A DNA stretch of 18,830 nucleotides from positions 1 through 18,830 of the forward strand of contig CBFGJN010000036.1 in NCBI GenBank assembly GCA_965649115.1, given 5' to 3'. Numbering within the stretch: the first letter of the stretch is position 1; each line of letters opens with the position of its first letter. This document shows positions 6,856 to 16,860 of the stretch, piece by piece. Made by a program: the position numbers and the translations under genes. This DNA is from a candidate division WOR-3 bacterium (lineage in GTDB: Bacteria > Hydrothermota > Hydrothermia > LBFQ01 > DSFT01). Below the pieces are notes generated by a model, which saw only the letters and a list, made by a program, of their open reading frames with translations, was not told where the DNA came from and searched no databases.

Positions 6856-7824
6856 ATGGCTCAGATGAATATGGCACAAGCAATAAATAATGCTTTAAGA
6901 ATTATCTTAAAAAATGATAATAAGGTAGTTGTTTTTGGTGAAGATGTCGGAAGAGCTGGTGGAGTTTTTTTAATTACAGAAGGTTTAATGGATGAATTTG
7001 GAAAGGAAAGGGTATTTGATACACCAATTAGTGAGGCTGGAATTGTTGGAATGGCAATAGGTTTGGCTATGGGTGGATATAAACCTGTTTGTGAAATTCA
7101 ATTTTCTGGTTTTTCTTATTTGGCATTTAATCAAATAATAACACATTTAAGTAGGTGGCAATTTAGAAGTCAAGGAAAGTTTAGGATGAATGTTGTTATA
7201 AGAATGCCAAATGGTGGTGGTGTTAAAACGCCAGAACTTCACTCAGAAAGTATTGAAAGCTATTTGTTAGCAACACCAGGACTTAAAGTTTTATATCCTT
7301 CAAATCCTTACGATGCAAAGGGTCTTCTTATAAGTGCAATTGAAGATGGAAATCCCGTTATCTTCTTAGAACATATTAAGCTTTATCGCTATGAAAAAAT
7401 GGAAGTTCCAGAGGACTATTATAAAGTTCCTATAGGTAAGGCAAGAATTATAAAGGAAGGTTCTGATTTAACAATTATAAGTTATGGATGGGGTGTTATT
7501 TTGGCAAGAGAGTATGCTAAAATTTCAAATTATGATGTTGAAATTATAGATTTAAGAACAATTTCTCCCTTAGATGAAAATTTAATTTTTGAAAGTGTTA
7601 AGAAAACGGGTAGGGTAGTTATCGTTTCTGAAACTCATAAAACTATGTCAATAGCAAGTGAAATATCATCTAGAATATCTGAAAATATTATAGAATTCCT
7701 TTATGCACCTATTTTAAAAGTTTGTTCTATGGATATTCCTTATCCACCATCAATTCTTGAAGAAGATTATTTACCCAATTTAGAGAAGTTAAAAACTGCT
7801 TGCGATTATATTATGAAGTTTTAA
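6856..7824 (+). CDS. 2-oxoacid (pyruvate/branched-chain) dehydrogenase E1 beta subunit
   Basis: VVVFGEDVGRAGGVF, RVFDTPISEAGIVG, EIQFSGF, ELHSES and IIDLRTISPLD. Confidence 0.93.
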   Translation: MAQMNMAQAINNALRIILKNDNKVVVFGEDVGRAGGVFLITEGLMDEFGKERVFDTPISEAGIVGMAIGLAMGGYKPVCEIQFSGFSYLAFNQIITHLSRWQFRSQGKFRMNVVIRMPNGGGVKTPELHSESIESYLLATPGLKVLYPSNPYDAKGLLISAIEDGNPVIFLEHIKLYRYEKMEVPEDYYKVPIGKARIIKEGSDLTIISYGWGVILAREYAKISNYDVEIIDLRTISPLDENLIFESVKKTGRVVIVSETHKTMSIASEISSRISENIIEFLYAPILKVCSMDIPYPPSILEEDYLPNLEKLKTACDYIMKF

Positions 7825-7834
7825 GAGTTTTTAT

Positions 7835-9511
7835 TTATATTACTACTACCTCCTTGAATACTCCATAAACACTCTTTAAAGTTTCCATGATTTCTTGTTC
7901 GGTTGCATAGACTTTAACGGCATCTATTACATATGGAACAAGATTATCACCTCTTTCCGCTGCTAATTTTAGGGCTTCAAGTTTCTGTCTTACAAGGATA
8001 TTATCTCTTTTTTCCTTGATTTGTTTTAAAAATTGTTTTTGTTCAATTTCAATTTTAGGATCAATTTTAAATTTTGGAGGTTCTATAACTTCATTTTCAT
8101 CAATAAATTCATTAACACCAACAATAATAAAGTCTTTTTCTTCAACTCTTTTTTGGAATTCATATGCAGCATCCGCTATTTCTTTTTTTATATAACCATT
8201 ATAGATTGCATTTATGACACCATCTAAAAATGAACCATTTCCCATTTCTAAAATTTTATTAAAGTATTCATATGCTTGTCTTTCTATTTCATTCGTTAAT
8301 GCTTCTACAAAATAGCTTCCCGCTAGTGGATCAATTGTATTTATAACACCTGATTCATAAGCTATAATTTGTTGTGTTCTTAAAGCAATTGTAACTGCTT
8401 CTTCACTTGGAAGTTGAAGGGCTTCATCATAAGAGTTTGTATGGAGACTTTGGGTTCCACCTAAAACTGCTGCTAATGCTTCAATTGTTGTTCTTATTAT
8501 ATTATTTAATGGTTGTTGAGCGGTTAGAGAGCATCCAGCTGTTTGGGTATGGAACCTTAGCATCAAGCTTTGAGGGTTTTTTGCTTTGTATCTATTTTTC
8601 ATTTCTCTTGCCCATATTCTTCTTGCTGCTCTGAATTTAGCAATTTCTTCAAAGAAATCTATGTGAGAATTAAAGAAGAATGATATTCTTGGAGCAAAGC
8701 TATCTACATCTAAACCTCTTCTTATTCCTGCTTCTACATATGCAAAACCATCTGCAAGTGTAAATGCTAATTCTTGAACAGCAGTAGAACCTGCTTCTCT
8801 TATGTGATAACCAGAAACTGATATTGTATTGAATTTTGGTGTATGTTGGCTTGAAAATTCCATAATATCAACAATTAATTTTATTGATGGTTCAGGAGGA
8901 AATATAAATTCATTTTGGGCATGGTATTCTTTTAAAATATCATTTTGTAATGTTCCTCTTATTTTTTCAAGTGGAACACCCTGCTTTTCAGCAAGAGCAA
9001 CATAAAGAGCATATATGAAAATTGCTGGTGAATTTATTGTGAAAGATGTTGAAACCTCACCTAAATTTATACCATCAAATAGAACTTCAAAATCAGCAAG
9101 TGTATCAATTGCTACTCCTTCTCTTCCAACTTCTCCTTCTGACCTTGGGTCATCTGAGTCATAACCCATTAATGTTGGCATATCAAATGCTGTTGAAAGG
9201 CCTGTTTGACCTTGTTTTATTAAAAACTTAAATCTTTCGTTAGTGTCTTTTGCTCTACCAAATCCTGCAAACATTCTCATAGTCCAAATTTTTCCTCTGT
9301 ACATATTATAATAAACGCCTCTTGTATAAGGATATTCACCAGGAAATCCAAGGTCTTCTAAATAGTTTAAATTTTCTATATCTTTTGGTGTGTATAGGTC
9401 TTTTATAGGAATACCAGATATTGTTCTATATGAAGGTCTTGTTATGTCCTGATATTTTTTTCTTTTTTCAAGCCACTCATTAAATTTTTTTTCAAAGTTC
9501 CTATCAGTCAT
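7835..9511 (-). CDS. B12-dependent acyl-CoA mutase large (substrate-binding) subunit, isobutyryl-CoA mutase-like
   Basis: [38 protein letters not shown] and [15 protein letters not shown]. No C-terminal DxHxxG B12 domain. F81 and Q199 occupy the specificity positions. Confidence 0.9.
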   Translation of the reverse strand: MTDRNFEKKFNEWLEKRKKYQDITRPSYRTISGIPIKDLYTPKDIENLNYLEDLGFPGEYPYTRGVYYNMYRGKIWTMRMFAGFGRAKDTNERFKFLIKQGQTGLSTAFDMPTLMGYDSDDPRSEGEVGREGVAIDTLADFEVLFDGINLGEVSTSFTINSPAIFIYALYVALAEKQGVPLEKIRGTLQNDILKEYHAQNEFIFPPEPSIKLIVDIMEFSSQHTPKFNTISVSGYHIREAGSTAVQELAFTLADGFAYVEAGIRRGLDVDSFAPRISFFFNSHIDFFEEIAKFRAARRIWAREMKNRYKAKNPQSLMLRFHTQTAGCSLTAQQPLNNIIRTTIEALAAVLGGTQSLHTNSYDEALQLPSEEAVTIALRTQQIIAYESGVINTIDPLAGSYFVEALTNEIERQAYEYFNKILEMGNGSFLDGVINAIYNGYIKKEIADAAYEFQKRVEEKDFIIVGVNEFIDENEVIEPPKFKIDPKIEIEQKQFLKQIKEKRDNILVRQKLEALKLAAERGDNLVPYVIDAVKVYATEQEIMETLKSVYGVFKEVVVI

Positions 9512-9566
9512 AATTTAAATTTTAAAGGATAATAAATTCGGCATATTTAAGCCTTAAAATTTTCGT

Positions 9567-9959
9567 ATGTTGTTTTTAGTTTTTAGTCAGTTTATGGTTC
9601 TTGATGGAGGTACATTAGAAGAGGATAATCAAATTTGTAAGGATGAATTTACTAAATTTTCAGGTTCATTTCCTGAGGAGATATTTTCAAATGGTTTTGA
9701 GTTTGATGTTTTAAATTATTTCAAAGTTGAAAGTTGGGATAAAATTAAAAAAAGTATTTTTTTAAAGGCAAATGACAATAAGTTTTTAAGAATCATAAAA
9801 TCAGACGAAATGGAAGTTTATATTGATCCTGAAAGCAGAATGAAATTTCAAAATGATAGCTTAGTTATTTTCCTTTTCACAAGATATTTAGCTGTTAAAT
9901 ACCTAAAAGATCATGTTTGCATATATTCATTTAGACCAAAAAAGGAGATTAAAAAATGA
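9567..9959 (+). CDS. Hypothetical small, probably exported protein (paralog 1)
   Basis: 130-aa ORF with a hydrophobic N-terminus, similar to the next ORF. Confidence 0.65.
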   Translation: MLFLVFSQFMVLDGGTLEEDNQICKDEFTKFSGSFPEEIFSNGFEFDVLNYFKVESWDKIKKSIFLKANDNKFLRIIKSDEMEVYIDPESRMKFQNDSLVIFLFTRYLAVKYLKDHVCIYSFRPKKEIKK

Positions 9960-10342
9960 TGTTGTTTTTAGTTTTTGAGATAAATATAAATAACTTGAAT
10001 GGTGGAAAACTTGATAAAAACAATTCTATCTGTTTAAATGAATTTAAAAATGTTAAAAATTTCATTTTAACTGAAAGTGGAATTGAAGAACCAAAAATTT
10101 TAGATATTAAGAATTTTAAAATTCAGAATTTTGTTTTTTTAATGAAAGATTTAAAATATAAGCTCTCGGCTGATGGATGGACATTTGTTTTAGGCTATAA
10201 AAATAACTATTTTTTTGTAGATCATACAAGCAAAGCAAAAACAATTTTTAATAATTCAAAATTTGATTATTTTTCAAAAGTTATTGTTGCTCGCTTAATA
10301 AAAGATAAAAACCTATGTATATATGAAATAGAACTAAAATGA
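9956..10342 (+). CDS. Hypothetical small, probably exported protein (paralog 2)
   Basis: 128-aa ORF with ATGA overlaps at both ends and SD AAGGAG upstream, similar to the previous ORF. Confidence 0.65.
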   Translation: MMLFLVFEININNLNGGKLDKNNSICLNEFKNVKNFILTESGIEEPKILDIKNFKIQNFVFLMKDLKYKLSADGWTFVLGYKNNYFFVDHTSKAKTIFNNSKFDYFSKVIVARLIKDKNLCIYEIELK

Positions 10343-11148
10343 ATGTTTTGAAAATTGGTGATTGGGAGATTTATCAGTTGAATGGAGGTAAATTTGCTCT
10401 TGACGGAGGTGCAATGTTTGGTGTTGTTCCAAAAGTTATATGGGAAAAATTAATAAAACCTGATGAAAGAAATAGAATACCTATGGCAGTTCATCCATTA
10501 TTAGTAAAAACAAATAAAAACATTTATTTAATTGATGTTGGAATTGGAAAAAATTGGGATGAAAAATTCAAAGATATTTATGATGTTGAAGAAGAAGATT
10601 TATTTCATAATTTAGATTTTGGACCAGAAGATGTTGATTATATTATTGCTACACACTTACATTTTGATCATATGGCAGGTTATGTAAATTATAATTTTAA
10701 GAAAGCAAAGGTAATTGTTCAATCTATGGAATGGCAAGATGCCAATTTTCCACATTTAAGAAGCAAAGCAAGTTATATTAGGGAAAGAATAGAGCCTATA
10801 AAGGAAAGATTAATTTTAGTTGAAGGTGATTATAAGATTGAGGAGGGAATATATTTAATTTTGACAGGTGGTCATACAAGAGGTCATTGTGTTGTTTTAA
10901 TTGAAAAGTTCAAAAAAGGAATTATTTTTATGGCGGATTTAGTTCCAACAATTCACCATATCCATTATCCTTATGTAATGGGTTATGATTTATATCCTGT
11001 TGATAGTTTATATGCTCGTTATAAAATTTATAACTTAATTTTAAAAAACAATTATTTAATGGCTTTTGAACATGATAGAGAACCTAAAATAGGAAGTTTA
11101 ATTATTGAAGATAATAAGCCGAAAGTTATCTTAGTTAATAACTTTTAA
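10339..11148 (+). CDS. Metallo-beta-lactamase fold hydrolase, YtnP-like
   Basis: LDGGAMFGVVPK, THLHFDHMAG (HxHxDH), TGGHTRGH, MADLVP, MGYDLYP and FEHD. Confidence 0.9.
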   Translation: MNVLKIGDWEIYQLNGGKFALDGGAMFGVVPKVIWEKLIKPDERNRIPMAVHPLLVKTNKNIYLIDVGIGKNWDEKFKDIYDVEEEDLFHNLDFGPEDVDYIIATHLHFDHMAGYVNYNFKKAKVIVQSMEWQDANFPHLRSKASYIRERIEPIKERLILVEGDYKIEEGIYLILTGGHTRGHCVVLIEKFKKGIIFMADLVPTIHHIHYPYVMGYDLYPVDSLYARYKIYNLILKNNYLMAFEHDREPKIGSLIIEDNKPKVILVNNF

Positions 11149-11170
11149 AATCTTTTTAATGAATTTTTAA

Positions 11171-11380
11171 TGCCGTGTAGTGATTCTGAAATTATTTATT
11201 TTTCTTAAAAAATAAGGCTGCAGCTTATAAATTCCCTATCTTATGCCGAGTGCAAAGCTTCCAGAAGCCGAAAAATGTCCATTTTAAAGGTGAAGCCTTG
11301 AATACAGGGTTAGTAGGCAAAATATAATAAAATAAATAATTTCAAAATTATTGGATACAGCAGCGAATTACTACATGGTA
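11171..11380 (+). mobile_element. MITE-like repeat, copy E (variant TIRs) with nested inverted copy F
   Basis: The left end TGCCGTGTAGTGATTC (11171-11186) pairs at 13/16 positions with GAATTACTACATGGTA (11365-11380). The internal segment AATAAGGCTGCAGCTTATAAATTCCCTATCTTATGCC resembles copies A and B. Confidence 0.7.
11267..11362 (-). mobile_element. MITE-like repeat, copy F (left half, inverted)
   Basis: The reverse complement reads TGCTGTATCCAATAATTTTGAAA...TTTTGCCTACTAACCCTGTATTCAAGGCTTCACCTTTAAAATGGACATTTTTCGGC. Confidence 0.82.
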
Positions 11381-11542
11381 ATAAATCCTTGATAATCAAC
11401 AACTTGTAAAATTTTTAAGGAAATTATTGAATTAAAGCTCCCAAAGTCAAAAGATGGGTTATTTTAAAGCTGTTCTCTTGATTTTAGAGCGGGTGGGCAA
11501 AATATAGAGATAATTATAATTCCAGAATTTTTAGATACACTA
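11381..11542 (-). mobile_element. MITE-like repeat, copy G (inverted)
   Basis: The reverse complement reads TAGTGTATCTAAAAATTCTGGAAT...TTTTGCCCACCCGCTCTAAAATCAAG...AACCCATCTTTTGACTTTGGGAG. The double IHF-like box is at 11382-11406. Confidence 0.82.
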
Positions 11543-11583
11543 CACGAATTACCAAATAGTGGATTAAAATTTTAAACTTTCTG

Positions 11584-14394
11584 ATGGAAAAAAGGTACAT
11601 AATTATAACAGGTGCAAGACAAAATAATCTTAAAAATATAAGTGTTAAAATACCAAGGGGAAAACTTGTTGTAATAACTGGTGTTTCTGGAAGTGGAAAG
11701 TCATCATTAGCATTTGATACAATTTATGCAGAGGGTCAAAGAAGATATGTTGAAAGTTTAAGCGCTTATGCAAGACAATTTTTAGGTATAATGGAAAAAC
11801 CTGATGTTGATTCAATTGAGGGACTTTCACCTGCTATTGCAATTGAACAAAGAAAAATTCAAAAAAATCCAAGGTCCACAGTTGCTACAACTACTGAAAT
11901 ATATGATTATTTAAGACTTCTTTTTGCAAGAGTTGGAACACCTTATTGTCCTAATGATAACATTCCTTTACAAAAATGGTCAATAGATGAAATTGTAAGT
12001 AAAATTTTAACTTTTCCCTTGGGAACAAGAATTACAATTATGGCACCTGTTGTAAGAGGAAAGAAAGGAGAATATAAAAAATTATTTGAGAAGTATTTAA
12101 GAATGGGATTTAATAAATTTAGAGTAGATAGAGAAATTTATGTTGAGGAAATTCCTGAACTTGATAAAAATAAAAAGCACAACATTGATATTATAATTGA
12201 TAGAATTGTTTTGAGAGAAGAAATAAAACAAAGATTATTTGAAAGTATAGAGCTTTCATTAAAAGAAGCAAATGGACTTGTCCTGATTGAATATGATGAA
12301 GGTGATGAAGTTAAAGAAATAATTTTTTCGGAGCATTTATCTTGTCCAAAATGTGAATTTTCTTTAAGTGAGCTTGAGCCAAGATTATTTTCATTTAATA
12401 GTCCCTATGGTGCTTGTCCTGAATGTCATGGACTTGGTTATAAAATTGAAATTGATCCATCATTAATAATTTCAGATGAAAATTTAAGTATATTAGAAGG
12501 AGCAATAGAACCAATTGGAGAACCAAGTTTTAGAGTTAAAGATTACTTAATGGATTTAGCGAAAATTTATAATGTTAGTTTAAAAACACCTTGGAAATTC
12601 CTTCCTGATGATTTTAAAAATGCTGTCCTATATGGAACAAATCATTACACTTATTGGGAAGGTGTAATCCCTTACCTTTATAGGAGATATAATGAAACTG
12701 ATTCAGAATTTATAAAGGAAGAAATTGAAAAATATATGATTTATGTAAAATGTCCTGTTTGTAATGGAGCAAGATTAAAGAAGGAAGCACTTTGTGTTAA
12801 AATAAATGGTGTAAATATATGGGAATTTACAAAAATGAGTGTTAAAGATGCTTATAATTTTCTTGAAAATTTAACATTTGAAAATGAAAAATCAAGAATT
12901 ATTGCAGAAAAAATCATTAAAGAAATAAAAAATAGATTAAAATTTTTAATTGAAGTTGGACTTGATTATTTAACATTAGATAGGACAACTGAAAGTTTAT
13001 CAGGAGGAGAAGAACAAAGAGTTAGACTTGCTACACAAATAGGTTCAGGACTAACTGGTGTTATTTATATTCTTGATGAACCAAGTATAGGATTACATCC
13101 AAGAGATACTCAAAGACTTATAAATACACTAAAACAATTAAGAGATTTAGGAAATACTGTCATTGTTGTTGAGCATGATGAAAATACTATCAGACAGGCT
13201 GATTATATAATTGACCTTGGACCTTATGCGGGTGAAAATGGTGGTTATGTTGTTGCATATGGTAAGCCAAATGAATTAGAAAAATTTAAAGATAAATCAT
13301 TAACTGCTAAATATCTTATTGGTGAATTATCTATTCCTATTCCAATAACAAGAAGAAAACCTTCTAAATTATTTTTAACATTATATGGAGCAAGAGGAAA
13401 TAACTTAAAAAATATAAATTTAAGAATTCCACTTGGGCTTTTTGTTGTAATAACAGGTGTTTCTGGAAGCGGTAAATCATCTTTAATTATTGACACATTG
13501 TATAAAGCATTAAGAAAAGAGTTATACAAATCTAAGGAGCAACCACTTGAATATGATAGAATTGAAGGTTTAGAGTATATTGATAAAGTTATAAATGTTG
13601 ATCAATCACCTATTGGTAGGACACCAAGAAGTAATCCAGCAACATATACAGGTGTATTTACAGATATTAGGGAAGTTTTTGCATTAACAAAAGAAGCAAG
13701 AGCGAGAGGTTATAATAAGGGAAGATTTTCTTTCAATAAAGAAGAAGGAAGATGCTCTGCATGTAATGGTGAAGGATATATTAAAGTTGAAATGTACTTT
13801 TTACCCGATGTTTATGTTCCATGTGAAGTTTGTAAAGGAAAACGATATAATTCTGAAACATTAGAAGTTAGATATAAAGATAAAAACATAGCAGATGTTT
13901 TGGATATGACAGTCTCATCTGCATTAAAATTCTTTGAAGATATTCCTAAAATATATAGAAAATTAAAATTGCTTGAAGATGTAGGACTTGGATATATTAA
14001 ACTTGGACAACCTGCAACAACACTTTCAGGTGGTGAAGCACAAAGAATAAAATTAGCAAAGGAATTAAGTAAAGTTGATACAGGAAAGACATTATATATT
14101 CTTGATGAACCAACAACAGGATTACATTTTGACGATGTTAAAAAGTTGATAGATGTATTACAAAGACTTGTGGATAAAGGAAATACAGTTTTAGTAATTG
14201 AGCATAATTTAGATGTTATTAAATGCGCTGATTGGGTAATTGACCTTGGACCAGAAGGTGGAGAGAGTGGTGGATATATTGTAGCGGAAGGAACACCAGA
14301 AGATATTGCTAATTGTGAAAATTCTTGGACAGGTTATTATCTTAAAAGTGTCTTGGAAAAGAAGGCTATGACTTATAGAGAAGTTAAAATGTGA
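11584..14394 (+). CDS. uvrA: Excinuclease ABC subunit A
   Basis: Two [11 protein letters not shown]alker A motifs, [12 protein letters not shown], zinc fingers (CPKC/CPEC, CSAC/CEVC), LSGGE signatures and LDEPS/LDEPT. Confidence 0.98.
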   Translation: MEKRYIIITGARQNNLKNISVKIPRGKLVVITGVSGSGKSSLAFDTIYAEGQRRYVESLSAYARQFLGIMEKPDVDSIEGLSPAIAIEQRKIQKNPRSTVATTTEIYDYLRLLFARVGTPYCPNDNIPLQKWSIDEIVSKILTFPLGTRITIMAPVVRGKKGEYKKLFEKYLRMGFNKFRVDREIYVEEIPELDKNKKHNIDIIIDRIVLREEIKQRLFESIELSLKEANGLVLIEYDEGDEVKEIIFSEHLSCPKCEFSLSELEPRLFSFNSPYGACPECHGLGYKIEIDPSLIISDENLSILEGAIEPIGEPSFRVKDYLMDLAKIYNVSLKTPWKFLPDDFKNAVLYGTNHYTYWEGVIPYLYRRYNETDSEFIKEEIEKYMIYVKCPVCNGARLKKEALCVKINGVNIWEFTKMSVKDAYNFLENLTFENEKSRIIAEKIIKEIKNRLKFLIEVGLDYLTLDRTTESLSGGEEQRVRLATQIGSGLTGVIYILDEPSIGLHPRDTQRLINTLKQLRDLGNTVIVVEHDENTIRQADYIIDLGPYAGENGGYVVAYGKPNELEKFKDKSLTAKYLIGELSIPIPITRRKPSKLFLTLYGARGNNLKNINLRIPLGLFVVITGVSGSGKSSLIIDTLYKALRKELYKSKEQPLEYDRIEGLEYIDKVINVDQSPIGRTPRSNPATYTGVFTDIREVFALTKEARARGYNKGRFSFNKEEGRCSACNGEGYIKVEMYFLPDVYVPCEVCKGKRYNSETLEVRYKDKNIADVLDMTVSSALKFFEDIPKIYRKLKLLEDVGLGYIKLGQPATTLSGGEAQRIKLAKELSKVDTGKTLYILDEPTTGLHFDDVKKLIDVLQRLVDKGNTVLVIEHNLDVIKCADWVIDLGPEGGESGGYIVAEGTPEDIANCENSWTGYYLKSVLEKKAMTYREVKM

Positions 14395-15731
14395 TATAAA
14401 TCATAAAAGAATTTCGTTCCATATTTATTAACCATTTTTTGAGCAAGTTCTAAATTTCCTTCAATGAGAAATTTTATTGTTTTTTCATGATAATTTGGAT
14501 ATAAAAATCTTTTATCCCTAAAATAAATGGCATTTAAAATTCTATAATAATCTCTTTCTAAATTTTCCATTCCTTCATTTACAGCTTCTTTGAAAATTTT
14601 TTGGAAATTTTCTTTATCTTTTAATTTTGCATAGTAAATTAAGTAATAAATGTAAATAAATGGTTTGAATAAACCCAATTTTGAGTAAGTATCTTCAAAG
14701 CTTTTAAATATATGACTTGCCTCATTGACTTTATCAATCATTAAAAATGAAAGAATAATATAAAATAATGAAATTAGTGCCTCAATATTCCAATTTTTTG
14801 ATATAAAATTCTTATCAAAATTTTTTTCAATAACTTCTTCATATTTACCCATCATAACTCTTGAAAACATATCAACTTCTGAACCTTCAATCGCCCAATT
14901 TAAACTACTTTTATAATCTCCGATATTAAAAAAACCAACACTTATAATTGTCTTATAATCATAAATAACATACTTATTGCTTGTTTTTAATTTTTTATAG
15001 GATTTGATAACTCTTCTTAAAATTTCTTTTGATTTTCTAATATAACCTTTTCTTGGAAGTAAATTTAATAATGCACTAAAATAGGCTTGTCTTACTACGC
15101 CTGGAAGGTTGTTTATGATGTTTTCCTTTTGAAAGTAAAATTCAACTAAATTGTCAATTCCATAAGCTATATATTCTAATTCAAATTTTGAAAATGCCAA
15201 AAGGTAATAAGAAAGCATGAAACCTTTTCTCTTAAAAGTTCTCAAATAATGACTTATCTTTTCAATTTTATAATTAACGGGGAATTTGTCTGAAATAATG
15301 TAATCATTATAAATCAAATGAACTTTTTTATATTCAATTAGTTCATTACTTTTTATCATCTTTAATAGTTCAGCTGAATTGAAATATAGTGTTTTTCCAC
15401 AAAAGTTAATATATTCAATAACATGTTTTTTTGAATAGTTTAGCAAAAATTTAAGCATTTCAACTTCTTCATCATCTAAAACTCCAAGAGAATTATCAAT
15501 TGTAAGAAGTGTTAAAGCCTTTGAGACAAATTTTCTTGGAAGTTTTAAATCTTTTGAAATTTTATTTATGCTATAAGTGGGATTTCTTTCAATATAATAA
15601 TAAACTTTTAAAATTTTCTCCTTTTCTTTTACAAATCCATTTTTTTGAATTTCAAAAACTTTCTTTAAATCTGCTTTTCCATTTTTGTAATAATCAAATA
15701 AAATTTTTAGTTTTGATTTAAAATCATTCAT
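14373..15731 (-). CDS. Hypothetical protein with an N-terminal HTH-like segment and a helical-repeat (TPR-like) C-terminus
   Basis: 452-aa [30 protein letters not shown] resembles a winged HTH. It converges on uvrA with a 22-bp overlap. Confidence 0.55.
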   Translation of the reverse strand: MNDFKSKLKILFDYYKNGKADLKKVFEIQKNGFVKEKEKILKVYYYIERNPTYSINKISKDLKLPRKFVSKALTLLTIDNSLGVLDDEEVEMLKFLLNYSKKHVIEYINFCGKTLYFNSAELLKMIKSNELIEYKKVHLIYNDYIISDKFPVNYKIEKISHYLRTFKRKGFMLSYYLLAFSKFELEYIAYGIDNLVEFYFQKENIINNLPGVVRQAYFSALLNLLPRKGYIRKSKEILRRVIKSYKKLKTSNKYVIYDYKTIISVGFFNIGDYKSSLNWAIEGSEVDMFSRVMMGKYEEVIEKNFDKNFISKNWNIEALISLFYIILSFLMIDKVNEASHIFKSFEDTYSKLGLFKPFIYIYYLIYYAKLKDKENFQKIFKEAVNEGMENLERDYYRILNAIYFRDKRFLYPNYHEKTIKFLIEGNLELAQKMVNKYGTKFFYDLYHILTSL

Positions 15732-15745
15732 AATGCTTATTTTTG

Positions 15746-16561
15746 CTAATATATTACAAAAGTTCTATAAATTCTTTGCTTTTCAAATTCAAGCTCTAAG
15801 ATATAAATCCCTTTTTTTAAGTTTATTTTATATTCATTGTCAAATGATTTTTTTTCATTGACTATATTTCCATTTGCTGTGTAAATTCGCAATGAATAGT
15901 TTAGTTTTTTGTTGAAAGATATTATAAGCCAACTTTCCAAAAACTTTATCCTAAAATTACTATTATTTTTTTCTTCATTAGATGATTGAATGTCCGCAAG
16001 AATTCTAATGTTAGGTCTTTTATTTGTTCTATATATATTATCATTTGGAATGGCGCCAAAATCTGTATAGCTATAACCACATAATGTATCATTATAAATT
16101 GTATATGTTGTGCTTGCATTGTAAGTATAATCATAATTATAAGGACTACCATAAAAGAAATCAATGAGTAAATTCTGCCCGTTATATGTCCAAGGTGTTG
16201 GAAAAGTGTATTCGCTCCAAGTGTTGTTTGTTAGAGGTGGACAAGAGCTATAACCAACAATTGTAGTCAAACCATTATTATCAAAACTATTTCCTATCTG
16301 ATTATAATTAACTTCCTTTATTTTCAAACTACAAGGCATTAAATTGATATTATTTGTTGTCTTTACAAAAAAACCAATTGAATATATTTTTGAACCGATA
16401 CTTATGCCTTTGCTTTGAATTTCAGAAGAAAGTATTAGAATTTGGTGTCTTGACCTTGAAGACCAATTACCATAGGGAGCAGGGTAGGTATAAGGATTAT
16501 TGTATAAGGTATCTTCTCCAAATATAACATAACCTTGACTTGAAAAGAAATATAAAAGCAT
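15746..16561 (-). CDS. Secreted protein with a T9SS type-A-like C-terminal sorting domain
   Basis: The C-terminal YSLRIYTANGNIV...LKKGIYILELEF...RTFVIY fits the CTD pattern. The N-terminal domain is N/Y/T/S-rich and follows a short hydrophobic leader. Confidence 0.7.
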   Translation of the reverse strand: MLLYFFSSQGYVIFGEDTLYNNPYTYPAPYGNWSSRSRHQILILSSEIQSKGISIGSKIYSIGFFVKTTNNINLMPCSLKIKEVNYNQIGNSFDNNGLTTIVGYSSCPPLTNNTWSEYTFPTPWTYNGQNLLIDFFYGSPYNYDYTYNASTTYTIYNDTLCGYSYTDFGAIPNDNIYRTNKRPNIRILADIQSSNEEKNNSNFRIKFLESWLIISFNKKLNYSLRIYTANGNIVNEKKSFDNEYKINLKKGIYILELEFEKQRIYRTFVIY

Positions 16562-16586
16562 TTTTAAATTTTAAGGTATAATTTTT

Positions 16587-16788
16587 TGCCTTGCCTAGTA
16601 ATTCTGGAATATAGAGCATTTCTTTATTTTCCAACCCACCCTATAATTAAGCCTTCGGCTTAAAAACTTCGCTCCCTTAAAACTCCCTCAATAAATCAAT
16701 GGTAGGGGTTTATTGAAAAATCTAAAAAACCCTCTTAATTTCAAAGAATTTTTTCATTTTTATAAATTATTGATAATCAATAACTTAA
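16587..16788 (+). mobile_element. MITE-like repeat, copy H (right TIR lost)
   Basis: TGCCTTGCCTAGTAATTCTGGAATATAG...CCAACCCACCCTATAA, TTAAGCCTTCGGCTTAA (16647-16663) and the double IHF-like box (16763-16787). Confidence 0.85.
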
Positions 16789-16860
16789 ATCATATCAGGT
16801 GGCACATTTATCACACTTTTAATTTAAAAAGTGTTTTTTAAATTGGTTAAAATTTTGAAT

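Noticed and set aside
9597..10416. LDGG/LNGGK shared between the two small paralogs and the N-terminus of the MBL hydrolase
   Set aside because: The match is only 4-5 residues with no further alignment, so it is probably coincidence.
11665..13482. Nucleotide repeat within uvrA (GTTGTAATAACTGGTGTTTCTGGAAGTGG and GTTGTAATAACAGGTGTTTCTGGAAGCGG)
   Set aside because: It is explained by the two homologous Walker A regions of UvrA.
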